From NCBI GenBank assembly GCA_951406725.2, contig OX597835.1, positions 49,352,001-49,416,000 on the forward strand: DNA of 64,000 nucleotides, read 5' to 3'. The notes under the pieces are model-generated. The model was not told the origin of the DNA, ran no database searches, and was given only the letters and a program-made list of their open reading frames with translations. A program made the position numbers and the translations under genes. Every line of letters starts with the position of its first letter. Positions within the stretch are counted from its first letter, which is position 1. The stretch comes from Octopus vulgaris. Taxonomy: Eukaryota. This document shows, in pieces, positions 45,386 through 58,226 of this stretch.

Positions 45386-45684
45386 GTCCACGTTATCGCA
45401 GTCGTCTCTATATTAGTAGGAGTAGAGATGATACTCCCATGGCGTATAAATGACATTCTGTCGCATTACACTCGTTCAGAGGACACACACAACCAGACGA
45501 ACAGATAACCAGATGAACAGATTGCTAGATGGGTAGACACACAGACCCACAGCCAGCCAGTCAGCCAACCAGCCAGTCAGCCAACCAGCCAGTCAGCCAA
45601 CCAGCCAGACGAATGTATGTATGGTGGCGACCTCCATTACACAGGTTGTCTTTCCATCTTACACCTCTTTAAACAAAAAGCAGT
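45386..45684. repeat. Left arm of long inverted repeat (partner 49683-49933); contains 3x16-bp tandem expansion
   Basis: Reverse complement of 49683-49933 with 3 substitutions plus an extra (tcagccaaccagccag)x3. Confidence 0.95.
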
Positions 45685-45685
45685 T

Positions 45686-46048
45686 GGTGCATTTTACGTA
45701 CCACCAGCATGGAAACCAGTCTAGGCGGCGCTGGCATCGGCCACGTTTGGATGGTGCTTTTTACGTGCCACAGATACAATTTCCATTGATTTTTGATGTT
45801 GGTGTACTTGACTCAGTAGGTCTCCTCAAGCACAGGGTCGAAACGGTGTTTCTTTACTTGCCACCTGCACAGGAGTCAGTCCAGCGGCACTAGCAACTGC
45901 CGGGTGCCAGTCATAGGATTGGCTCAATTTCGATTCCGATTTCACTTGCCCCAACAGGCCTTCACAAGCAGAGTTTAGTGTCCAATGGAGGGAGGTTGGC
46001 ATGGGTGCCAGTCGTCGGATGAGGTCCGATTACGAATTCAGTTTCGAC
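45686..46048 (+). repeat. GC-richer repeat with internal sub-repeats
   Basis: ggtgc(a/t)ttttacgt(a/g)ccac... occurs three times in degenerate form; gggtgccagtc(a/g)t...ggat occurs twice. Confidence 0.55.
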
Positions 46049-46070
46049 TTAGAGAATATATATATATATA

Positions 46071-46107
<37 letters not shown>

Positions 46108-47192
46108 AATGTATGTATATATAAAGAATGTATGTATATATAAAGAATATATGTGTATATAAAGAATATATATATATATGTATATATAAACTATATATAT
46201 ATATATATATATATATTCTTTGGTCCTCCACTAAGTCCAAATATTTAAAACTACTGGAGAAGAGGTAGTTTTAGCTGCTATTTCTAGTGTTTGTGGTGAC
46301 CCATGTAAGATTTCGCTTTCATCTTTCTCTGAAATAACACATTTCCGTCTCTTACCTTATTCCTTGATTTCATTCTCTTTTATTACTTCCTTTCTTCGTG
46401 TCTTTCTTTCAAATTTCCTTCTTTCTTTCACGACCTCCATATTTGCTTGCCACCACCACCGCCACCATTCATATCCTTTCCTCGCATATTCTACGATCAT
46501 CGTCTTGTAAATTAGACTACGTCGTCTCCACAACATCTCCTCTTCGTTTTCCATCCAGCCTCTTCTCCATCTTATGCCTTCATTCCCTTCTTTCTTTTCT
46601 TCTTTATTTCTTTTTCCTCCTTACTCTCCCATTTTCTCCATACCTCTCCACCCTAACATCTATTTTTCGTTTCACGTCCTACCTTCATCTTCAAAATTAA
46701 CCCTCTCCCTCTTCTTTCCTTCTCCATTCCCTTATTCATCCCCCCCCCCGCCAATACCCTTCTATTTACCCCCAGTCTCTTTATCCTCTCTAATTGCCCC
46801 TATATTAGAACCATCTAACTTTCCTCTCAGCTCCTTTTTTACTCCTTTCATTGTTCACTTCAACATCATCGAAAACTTTCTTAAATGTTATTAAGTACAC
46901 CAACATAATTTCTCCCCCCCCCTCCCCCTCCCGCTCCCCCTCTCCCCCTTTGTCCTTTGTCTTTCATTTTCCCTAACTCTATACATTGTATTGTCATGTA
47001 GAATGCAGAAGAACTGTCTTGTGTGAAGCTTCCTTCTTACATATCACCAGTTTTGCATATCAAAGACGCACACATCCATTTATCTTTCTATCTATGCATT
47101 GCATACACATGCACACATTCACACACAAACACGAGCACGTGTGTGTGCATATGTGTATACATATATATAATTTGCACATGTATATATATCTC

Positions 47193-47236
<44 letters not shown>

Positions 47237-47397
47237 TGTTTTATATATATATATATGTAGGTATGTATATACATTATACATATACACACCCAACCATATA
47301 TACATATGAGGGCATTCATATCCATGCTACAATATTACGAAGATAAATCCATGCTTGTACATGAGCATGAATGAGTGCGCGTACATATGAATATAAT

Positions 47398-47443
<46 letters not shown>

Positions 47444-48924
47444 GGGTGGTGCGCGCGCGCACGCACGAAGCTGAGGATTTACTCTGTCACTGATCAGAGT
47501 TACTCGCTCATTGTGAGCCTTTAGACAACACTTTATAAATAGGCAACTACGCCAGGTGAAATACTCTTTCGTTTGTTAGATAAGATTTGTACATACGAGT
47601 ATAATTGTTTATCATTCGCTGAAGTTGTCCATGTCACATCTCAACTCGGAGCTTCACCTGTCACAGGCTCATCGGGTAACATGAACGAAATACACGAAAG
47701 TTCATTTATGTAGAGAATGATGATTATTTACATTAGTGTGTTTATAATTATCGTTGAAATTTCTGTTATATTTTAAAATACCTGCTAAACATTAACTGTC
47801 AGTGTTTTATTAACTTACCCGTAATATTTCACCTAGAAAACACAATTCAATATTAATTTCAACTAAATGATTATGTATAAGTCATATTTCCAACCATCTG
47901 GCAAGAATCCTAAAGAAATTCAAATGAATGCACTTCTGCCATCCCTTACAACTAAACTTCATTCAATATGGTAGCTAACAAATCTAATAATGTATTAGCA
48001 AGAAAATATTTTTTAAAAAAGAATTTATTTGAAACCCACTCGGGATATGAAAAAGAAACAGGAAAGAAGTTATTGTGGTTTAACCCACTTTATTCATTTA
48101 CCGTTATTATCCAGACAGGAAAATATTCTTAAACATTGCACGCTTAGGATTTTAAACCTTAACACATTAAGATTTTAACCCTTAGTCCATTTAATCTTAT
48201 CCACCGTGTCTTGTTAAATACTCCATAACTTTGCTAGAATGATGTTATTTATTGATAATGAAAACAATAATATGCATCGTACAAACCTGAATAATAGCAA
48301 CACGCAAAGTATATTTGCCACTTGCTAAATCCCTGTCCACTGAATGGCAAATGCCTTGAGCAATTTGTTACTCTGCTATAACTAACCGGAAAACGTATGA
48401 TATCCGTTAGATCGGTTTAGGATGAAACCTATCAACGCAATTAAACTTTTAAAAATATTCAGAGAAAATCATATTTGGAATCTGACGTGTTAAACCTTAC
48501 CTAGCAATAGTTCGTGTCAAAGCGACTGATATTCCACAAGCAGATGTCAACCATTATTCATCTGTGTACAACAGAAAAATTATTCATAACCGCAAAGCAC
48601 GCTAAAATATTTATTAAACATTCCGAGATTGTGTCATCATGCCGACAAAAGAGACAAGTTCTGCTAAAAAAATATCATTCTCATTTATCAACATACATAT
48701 TTACTTATATGCACACACACAGATACACACACACACACATGATAAAACTACGCATAGATATATACGTACACACGCACACACATATATGTAAGTGACAAAA
48801 GTACATTCATAGACACACAGGCACGTTTGTGTATATATATTCAATCATGAGTGTAATATGTGTGTGTACTTATGAATACACAACAAACGCACGCACATGT
48901 ATTTATATATATATATATATATAT

Positions 48925-49023
<99 letters not shown>

Positions 49024-49682
49024 TACATATACACATGTGGAAGTAACACAATTCAATGAAAATTTCGACAATGACAAAATTTTAAAATAGACTTTTAAAT
49101 ATAAACAAACAAACGAATGAATAACCATAATAAAAGAAATATTAGACAAAACAAGCATGAAATCCCCACCCACCCACCCACCCACCCCACGCCCCCACCC
49201 ACATCCTTACATAGAAAACAATCACCGAATCAGACACAACACCTTTCACTCCCTTCCTTCACACTTCCATCCCAACCCCCATCAAAGGATGTATGTGTGG
49301 TGGTGGTGGGTGGTGGTGGTGGTGGTGGGTGGTGGTGGTGGTGGGTGGTGGAGGAGTGTAGTTGGACACCAACAACAACAGCAACAAACAAAGCACACTG
49401 CTAACATAACATCTTCCCGCTGCCGCCATCTCCCTCTCCTTCGCCAACACCGCACACTTACATCTTGTAACCCCTTTTAACATACACTAAAAAAATCCCC
49501 TTCAAAAGATCCTAAAACTAATTTGTTTACACGTCACTAATTGCAATCTGTAATTTACTCTCGATTCTTTCATTGTTTGTTCATGTTTATCTATTTTTAC
49601 TTTTTACTCTTTTTGCGTTTTTTTTTTGCTATTTTGTATTTTGGTAAACTATGCAATCGATGGATTTTAAGTGAAGGCCGCC

Positions 49683-49933
49683 ACTGTTTTTTGTTTAAAG
49701 AGGTGTAAGATGGAAAGACAACCTGTGTAATGGAGGTCGCCACCATACATACATTCGTCTGGCTGGCTGTGGGTCTGTGTGTCTACCCATCTAGCAATCT
49801 GTTCATCTGGTTATCTGTTCGTCTGGTTGTGTGTGTCCTCTGAACGAGTGTAATGCGACAGAATGTCATTTATACGCCATGGGAGTATCATCTCTACTCC
49901 CACTAATATAGAGACGACTGTGATAACGTGGAC
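49683..49933. repeat. Right arm of long inverted repeat (partner 45386-45684)
   Basis: See left arm; contains the hairpin tgggagta-tcatctc-tactccca near its 3' end. Confidence 0.95.
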
Positions 49934-49964
49934 TTTTAACTAACGGAAAGGTGACAATACCAAA

Positions 49965-50300
49965 TGAGAGTTACATGTACACTTCCAAGGAGTATGCTAA
50001 TATCCTTCACTAACAAAGCAAGCTTTCTCCATGGAGCGCCACATGTATTTTCAGGAGTGATGCCTCTCCTCACTGGATGAGTCAAATGCACTCCTTGAGA
50101 GTTCCACACTCGTTCTTTTGGAGTGCCACATGTACTCCCACGTACTCAATAAGTGCGTTACATGTACGCTTTTTAAAATGCCTTACGTACTATTTAGAGC
50201 GCTACATGTAATTCTTGGAATACCGTCTATATTTTGATGGAGAGTCAGAATTCGATTGAATGCGTGGAGGCACTCCGGTGGAATGTACTCCACTGTACTC
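49965..50300. repeat. Degenerate ~22-bp minisatellite (ggagtgccacatgtactcc-like)
   Basis: Recurrent gagagttacatgtacact, ggagcgccacatgtattt, ggagtgccacatgtactcc, gcgttacatgtacgct, gagcgctacatgtaatt. Confidence 0.6.
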
Positions 50301-50381
50301 TACTAAAAGATCGCCTAGAGTGCAAGAAACGTTTAACGTGAAACCCAATAAAAGCTATTAAGTTTTCTGTGTTAGACGTGT

Positions 50382-50416
<35 letters not shown>

Positions 50417-50663
50417 CGCGTTCGTGTGTTGTGTTTGTGGGTGTGTTTGAGCGGGTGCGTGAGTGTGCACGCATTTGTTGCGTTATTTCAAACTAGTTTC
50501 GCGAAATATTTTGCTGTTTATATTGTTTCTCGGCAGCACACAGAAGCACACTCGTATATTCACCCAAGACCCCCCCACACACACACATATGAAAAGGTGC
50601 GAGATTCCCCAGTCAATCTTGCAAACTATGTAACTGCACATGGCGTAACGATACATATACATA

Positions 50664-50776
<113 letters not shown>

Positions 50777-50894
50777 GTGGATGGATGGATCAAGAGGGGA
50801 ATGCATAGAGACATGCCTATATAATACTTACGTACATAAATGCATAAACGTGTTCGTTCACTTATTTATATGTGTATATCATGTTGAACCGTTA

Positions 50895-51047
50895 GTCTGT
50901 ACATAATTTTTCTCTTATTCCTTTCTGTCGAAGAGCTTAGGCTCGAAACGTCAAAAGTTTTTTCCATTCTTCCCAAGTGTTAAACTAATACACCTGCTTG
51001 TTATTCCTTCTCCTGTCTTTGTCTTTTAGTTTCTGTAAATTTGAACT

Positions 51048-51050
<3 letters not shown>
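50895..51050 (+). mobile_element. Penelope-like 3' remnant with minimal hammerhead-like motif (50921-50957)
   Basis: ttt-CTGTCGA-a-gagc-ttag-gctc-GAAAC-GTC-aaa; ends ...ttgaacta into a (TACA)/(TA) array. Confidence 0.6.
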
Positions 51051-51080
<30 letters not shown>

Positions 51081-51488
51081 TATATGTGCTTGTGTATGTA
51101 TATATATAGATAGCTAGATAGGTTCATACATACATACGCACACACGTTCACATATGTATACATTGAACGTATCCAGCTAAAATGAACTAATCTAGGAGCT
51201 GCTTAAACGATATATGTAATTATCTGTAATTGTTTTAAGTTGATTCAAATAAGAAGCAATGTTGAGCGATTTAAGTTTAAAATAGACAGAAAGTTGAAAT
51301 GTAACATTGTTGTAGGGTTATTTCTAGTCGCAGTTGAAGTCTATTTAGGTAAGGTTACGCATTGGAGTAAATAGAGAGCAAGTTTGAGTGTGTAAATATA
51401 TACATACATTTCCATAGATTGATAGCTATGCATACATATATGTATGTAATATGTGTATATATATTAAATATTGTTTCATCCTCTCTCT

Positions 51489-51559
<71 letters not shown>

Positions 51560-51570
51560 GTATGTATATA

Positions 51571-51613
<43 letters not shown>

Positions 51614-51715
51614 CCTCCTTCTCAGTACATGTGGTTGTGAGTGTATTTATTAATTGACAATTATTTCAGGTCTTGATAAATCATGCAGAAACTATGTTTG
51701 TGTGTGTGTGTGTGT

Positions 51716-51855
51716 AGTTAAAATTTATAGAAAAAAATAGCGACGACAGTTATATGAACACCGGTAAGTGTATTAGTTTGACGCTTGGGAAAAATGAAAA
51801 AGTCTTTAACGTTTCGAGCTTACGACCTTCAACAGATCGGAATACGAGAAAATAA

Positions 51856-51860
<5 letters not shown>
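51716..51860 (-). mobile_element. Second copy of the same Penelope-like remnant, opposite strand
   Basis: Minus strand: CTGTTGA-a-ggtcgtaagctc-GAAAC-GTT-aaagact...ttcccaagcgtcaaactaatacac...ttttaacta; collinear with 50895-51050. Confidence 0.6.
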
Positions 51861-51910
<50 letters not shown>

Positions 51911-52245
51911 GGATGTATATTCCTATATCAGTGATACTAAATTGTTGTTTCATTTTATCGGAGTGATACGCTAATTTTGGGGGGTGGGGAGTAGAGGGGT
52001 TATGGTAGTTATCAAGATAATGGTATTTATCAAATATCTCTGATCTTTCATTTAAATTAGCTGCTGCAATTTAAACCATATTTGACCCTTGTCAGTTATA
52101 CAGGACTCTGCATTTGTATTTGCCGTGTATCGTACAAAGTTCTATTTGATGCCGATATAAGTATCATGTTCTTTCATATTCCAGATGTACAAAAGTCTTT
52201 ACTATGTGTATAAATGAGGAAGTGTTATTTCATTACTATGGTTTA

Positions 52246-52425
52246 AATTGGCCATGTGGTTAAGAAGTTCCCTTTACAACCACCTCGTTTCGGGTTCAGG
52301 CCCTCAGCGTGGCATCTTCGACAGGTCTACTTTTCTATATCCTTGGGCAGACCAATTTCTTGTGAGTGAATTTAATGCATACAAACTGAAGTCCGTCGTA
52401 TACCTACGTGTGTGTGTGTGTGTGT

Positions 52426-52491
<66 letters not shown>

Positions 52492-52672
52492 CTCCCGCAC
52501 CACTTGAGAACAGGTGTTGGTTTGTTTCTGTACTTGTAACTTAACTGCTAGGCAAAAGAGACCATACCAGACTTCAAAAAAAAAATTGTATTAGGGTCGA
52601 TTAATTCGACTAAGCCCCTCAAGGCGGTGCCCCAGCATGGCCACAGTCTAATGATTGAAGCAAGTGAGAATA
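52246..52672 (+). mobile_element. SINE family B, full length
   Basis: tggccatgtggttaagaag...gggttcaggccc...internal (TG)n...tail ggcggtgccccagcatggccacagtctaatgattgaagc. Confidence 0.85.
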
Positions 52673-52954
52673 TAATCAATAAATTATAATTCATCCGAAC
52701 TCTGTTTTATAGGTTTAATTAATTAATCTACGTTTCAGATTCTGAACAGAATTTTACTTATGGTCCTTAAGTGTGACGTATGATTCGCGTGTAACACGTA
52801 TTCTAATTCCGTATCGAGCTAAATTTTATGAGTTCCGTGTAGTTTCCTTGTAAGTTTGAGCAGAGGTCTTTCTAAAACTTTTAGTCATACGTTTATTACA
52901 ACTTCTATTCTCTACCTCATAATAGCTTTTAGATTAATCAGAGATTTAAAAAGT

Positions 52955-53030
<76 letters not shown>

Positions 53031-53170
53031 GCAGATATATATAGACACATATATACACATATATATATAGATATATACCTATATATGCACACACTTATAC
53101 ATATATATATACGTATATATATACATGTATTCATACATATATATATATATATATACATATATATGTATGC

Positions 53171-53201
<31 letters not shown>

Positions 53202-53782
53202 TGTATATATCAATATATATACATGCAATACATGTATACACACAAACGCATAACGCACGCTTGAACTTGAACACGTAGACAGCTTTCCTCTTCACTGCCG
53301 TTGGCGCCATGACCACCACCACCACCACCACCGCCTACAACCGACCTATTTAGCGATATAGATTGATTGCAATAGAGTTTTATCGATCGACTGACTGTAT
53401 TGATCGTGAAGTACCAGGAAATCTTTCGACGGCGGTTTCGATCCCATGGGACGTCTGCATTGTTTCATCTCGTTAACATTATCAATAACTACATTTAGAA
53501 GGTTAGAGACGCAAACATAGCATGTTTCTCGAACGCACACAGTTTCTCTTCTCCTCTGTGTATGCGAACAAGTGTAGGTAGGATTGTGTGTTGGCGTGTG
53601 TTTGTGTTAATGGCTATATTTGCATGCGTGTCATTGCATTTGTAATGTGAATGCGTGTGCCTACAGCATCCGTGTGTATGCGTATGTATGTATATGCCAT
53701 ATATTTGATGGGCTGTGTCGCAATGTTAATACAGGTGCGTTTACATGTATAATAATGTATGTACGTATAGTATGTATATGTG

Positions 53783-53841
<59 letters not shown>

Positions 53842-53983
53842 GCGCGCGCACACACACACACACACATGTGAGTGTATGTGTGCATGTGTGTGGATCCGTG
53901 TCCTTGAGTGTGTATGTACACATGTCAACATAGTTTGTGACACCGAACGAAGAGAGAAAGAGAGAATAAAAGACAGGGAAAGA

Positions 53984-54019
<36 letters not shown>

Positions 54020-54426
54020 AGAGAGGGAGAGAGATGTAGAGGTGAAATGTGAATGGACAGAAAATGAGAAGGGAAAAACAAAAGCAAGGAACGCACATGC
54101 ACCACACACGCACAAATGCACAAATGCACACAAACACACACATGCTTAGACACACACGCATGGACCGCACACATCGCCAAACAACCATGAAGCAACAACA
54201 ACAACAACAACAACACTTTACGAAGAATTAATTTAATGTTCGCCGCGTCTATCAATAATCGCTCTTTAAGCGTTTGATGTGTCTTATTTATAAAAATGGA
54301 GGAAGGAGATTTGGGGAGGTTTGGGGAGAGAGTGAAGTGTTTTAAGGGGTTGTGGAGGTTGGCTGATGAGAAGGGATTTAAGGTGCTGGTTGATTGGTCG
54401 CCGTTGTTCTTGTTTTCGTTTAGGCC

Positions 54427-54690
54427 CAGGGGTCCTCAACCAGGGTCCGTATGACCCTTGGGGGTCTATATAGGATTTCATTCGCAATAAATATACTTGT
54501 TCAATACACGGAATATTTTGACAAATTTTCTTTTACAATTCCTAATATTTAATTATAGAAATATAATGGGATTGTTCTGTTTTTTTTTAGTTTTTTTTTT
54601 TCTGTTTGAAACATCGAATGGCTATGAGGGTCCAGTAGAGAAAAGCAGAAATCAAAGGGATCTATAGACAAAGGTGTTAGAGAATCCCTG
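54427..54690. mobile_element. hAT-type MITE
   Basis: Termini CAGGGGTCCTCAAC / GTTAGAGAATCCCTG; flanking 8-mers tttaggcc and gttagccc (6/8, candidate TSD); subterminal ggggtc motifs. Confidence 0.7.
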
Positions 54691-56056
54691 GTTAGCCCTT
54701 AATCAGCCCGGCCCAAAATGTTCTGTGGACAAAGGAATTCGCGCCGAGACCAGCTCGATCCCTAAGGCCGTCGTTCTGCATCGTTCAAACTGGAAAATGG
54801 TTTTTAGGGATTTTCACTGTCATTTCTAGCGAGACAAAAAAACCACGTAGAGACATGTTAGCCTAATCAAGCAGATCTATGATTGAAATAAATCCTACCA
54901 TGACCGTCTCATCTTTTTTTTTTTTTTTTTTTAGTAAGTGCAAGGAATTCTTGACTACAATTACACAGTTCTTTTCTAAGAATGTAGAACGTAATTTGCG
55001 GGTGGGGTGAGGGTGGTTATGGGGATGGTGGTGAGGGTGGTTATGGGGATGGTGGTGATGGTAGCAGCGCTGGTGGTGTGGTTTTTGCTACTCTTGCCTA
55101 TCCCAGCATTCTCCCTGGCCTACTCGGCCAGGTAATACAAAGACACTCTAGCCGCGACCATCCCTTTCATTTCCTTAGTGTTACATGGTCTACTTTACTT
55201 AACATATACCTTTTCTTAATATTCCATTTTTTTTTTCCGAATAACAAGGTGTACTTTCTGGGACACTTAGCTGCTATTTCTAGCAGATCGAGCGACCACA
55301 TAGGAGCTCCTTCGAGGGGGCTGGAGTGTTCAGGTGTTTGGTGAGGTTTACTGGTGACAGGGTTAATAGCGGTGAGGTGGAGAAACACGGTTGCGGGGGT
55401 GGGGCGAGGTGTGCTGCGATGAAATGGAAGAAAGAAAAGAAACTGAAATGCCATAATTAGTGTGAGGGATGTTGTTGTTGTTGCTGCTGCTGTTGTTGTT
55501 ACCGTGCCTATAATTATGTGTGCCATACGTGTGTCGTTAATTCAAACTCGTGGTTGTCTCTATAATTAGCGACGCGAGGGTGGGAGAGGATGACGACGGC
55601 TGCGGCGGGGCGGCGGTGGCGGCGGAGGTGGTGGTGGTGGTGGTAGGACGCGTTGTATACATATTAGATGGGTGTACATGTTTGACTCCAAAGATAATCA
55701 TACGTTTGTGGTATGTAGAAGGTAGTTATAAGAAGTGGTACAAAGTGTGTGTGTGTGTGTCTTTGGGTGTTGAGTGCGTAGGGAATTTATGGGGCGTATA
55801 CATGTGCGAGTAAATATTTGAGTGTGTGGATGTGTGTATAGATAGATAGATAGGTAGATAGATAGTCGTCTTAATATGTGTGCAAGTGGGTATAAATGTA
55901 ATTATGGGATGTGTGTGTGTGTGTGTCTCCCTGTTTGTAAATAAAAATAGTTTACACTTATATTTGTATATACACATGTGAATTAGCATGAGTGTTTATA
56001 AATGTATATATATATGTGTGTGTGCATGTATGTGTAGCTATGTAGTATGTATGTAT

Positions 56057-56094
<38 letters not shown>

Positions 56095-56299
56095 TGTTAT
56101 GAGAGCTGCAGTATCGCTGCAATATCGAAAGATGCATACTTTGTAATTGCTGGAAGGGTTTTATGCATTTCATATATGAAGATGCTTCGAGGCAGATGTG
56201 CACAGTGACACAGGGGGAGGGAGAGAGAAGAAGAAGAAGAAGAAGAAGAAGAAGGGAGTGAGAGAGATCTTATTGACATAGCTCACTCTGACATTTTCT

Positions 56300-56455
56300 C
56301 TCGTGCCCCTAATGAAGCCGGTCGGCAAAAGAGTGTGATCAATAGAATAAATACCAGATTTCTAAAATGTAACTGGAATCGATTTGATAACTAAAATTGT
56401 TTAAAGCAATGCTCCAGCATGACCGCAGTCCTCCGAAACACGAAAAAGAATAAAG
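56300..56455 (+). mobile_element. SINE family B, 3' part
   Basis: tcggcaaaagag...atagaataaataccag...gctccagcatgaccgcagtc. Confidence 0.7.
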
Positions 56456-56510
56456 ACCAGAGGAGAGCTTAACATATTTTGCTGGGGGTCAGTGTTTTGT
56501 CAGTCTGGAG

Positions 56511-56769
56511 CAGTCTCCTCAACCGGGGTCCAGATAGCCTTTAGGGGTCCACAGAAGATTTTGTTGCTAAAGTTTATTTGTAATGAATTCTTTACATTTC
56601 TACAAAACAGAAGATGTTTCAATATTTTTTCTTTACACAATTCGTAATAATATTCACTCACAAAAATGTAAGATTTTTTAAAGATCGAATGGTTATGGGG
56701 TGGGGGAGGACCTGTAGATTAAACAGAAACCAAAGAAGTCCAAAGGCAAAAAATGGTTGAGAATAACTG
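56511..56769. mobile_element. hAT-type MITE, same family as 54427
   Basis: cagtctcctcaaccggggtcc...atcgaatggttatgggg...aaaaatggttgagaataactg; internal similarity to the 54427 copy. Confidence 0.65.
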
Positions 56770-56810
56770 CCTTAGAGTTTCATATGTGTCTTCATTGAGT
56801 TATAAGGCAA

Positions 56811-56853
56811 GCTATGCCTGATGAGCTGTGAGTAAGCGAAACGCCACAGTAGC
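56811..56853 (+). ncRNA. Minimal type I hammerhead-like motif, cleavage triplet mutated
   Basis: gctatgc-CTGATGA-gct-gtgagta-agc-GAAAC-GCC-acagtagc. Intact CUGAUGA and GAAA, 3-bp stem II, imperfect stem I (gcta/tagc), GUC changed to GCC. Confidence 0.5.
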
Positions 56854-57499
56854 AAGAGACTGACTTGAGCTAAATATATTATTAATCACTGCTATGGTAT
56901 TGAGTACTACAGATGACGTTTCTGCCTCGAGGATTCCATTGATTGACTTTTTTGATTCTGATTGATGATCAATAATCCCAGTTATAAACTTTTGAAAGAA
57001 TATTTTGTTTTCTTTCAATGAATTCGAGGGGTTTCAGCACAACAGTTAACCCATTTCAATCCTCTACTCATCTGTACTCAATTGTTTTGGCCCTCAGCGG
57101 GCACAACTTTGGAATAAGCAAATGACTTGTACTACCACGGCTGGTGACAGCAATGGTTATGCGCCTCTCAGCTCTAATTAAAATCGCCCGCTGTTTTACT
57201 TTCTTGGCAGGGTTGGCAGACGTTGACAGGGGGCCACTAAGAGGCATAACTGCTTAGCTTGAATTTCTCGATTCCTTTTTAGCCTGATGGATCCTCATTC
57301 AGATGGCGGCTCCATCGACACATATTACTATAATCTAAAGCTTTATCTTAGTAAACGTTTTTCAGTCTTTGGTTGACGTTTACAGGTGTCTCTCCACAAG
57401 AAACTCCATTACTGTTCTTTGCTTCCAACGAGTCAACCATTTTCATATCAGCTCATTTATTCATACATCTACAAAATCATAAAACAAAAGAAAAAAACT

Positions 57500-57900
57500 A
57501 CTCAATTAAAGATCAGGAGTATATATACTTTTACATCAGTACCAAACATCGAATGACTTCAGTGAAGAACGCGCCTGTTGTGATAAAAATTGCATTAGTT
57601 TTTGACTCTCATACGTACGAGTTCTTGCAGCTTGATTGGAACAATAAAGTTGGTAAAGTCATCATCGATGTGCCTGATCTTTCATAGTCGCATCTTCTTG
57701 GTGTTTCCATTCTGGTAGCAGACAGGACCAGAATGGAACTCGTAAGCATCGCTGCCAGAATTGCAGTGTTTGAAGTGGATTTTGAAGACAATCAATATAT
57801 TCAGTTTTTGCTGGGACCAGAAATTCACTAAACATTTACAACAGTTACATAAATTGACCAACGTAACAGAGATGTTGCGGAGCATCTTCAGCCAATTACC
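57500..57900 (-). pseudogene. Possible decayed Penelope-type reverse transcriptase fragment
   Basis: KIRHIDDDF resembles RY(I/V)DDIF; upstream STSNTAIL (cf. QxxGTAMG) and downstream QKLMQFL lie in other frames; stops and frameshifts throughout. Confidence 0.3.
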
Positions 57901-57912
57901 ATGGCCTAAGAT

Positions 57913-58226
57913 CGAGGGTCAACCGGGTTCCATGTGAACCCCGGGGTCCACGCTAGCAAAATAGTAAATTGGGGATCCACAGTGTTATTTTAAGGGTCCA
58001 CGAAAAGTTTTGATTTAAATCTATTGCAAGAATCAGCTGGGTTTCTTTCCCTAACATTTGACACAGTTTAACGCATTCAAGTGAATGAGCGAATAACAAA
58101 ATAAGGATTTTGAAAGAAGTAATTATAAAATTAGGTTTTAAGCCTCTTATCGGCGGGGGGGGGGTGCATTGGAATAAAATTGTAAACAAAGGGGTCCCTA
58201 AGTAAAAAATGGTTGAGAAGCATTGA
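57913..58226. mobile_element. hAT-type MITE, related family
   Basis: tcaaccgggttccatgtgaaccccggggtccac...ggggtccctaagtaaaaaatggttgagaagcattg. Confidence 0.6.

Noticed and set aside
45552-45608. Short regular repeats as a CRISPR array
   Set aside because: Pure 16-bp tandem units without spacers, eukaryotic context, no cas genes.
52720-52950. GAAACGTA with a distant CTGATTA as a long-stem-II hammerhead (minus strand)
   Set aside because: Core mismatch, stem I out of register and ~200-nt spacing; too weak to call.
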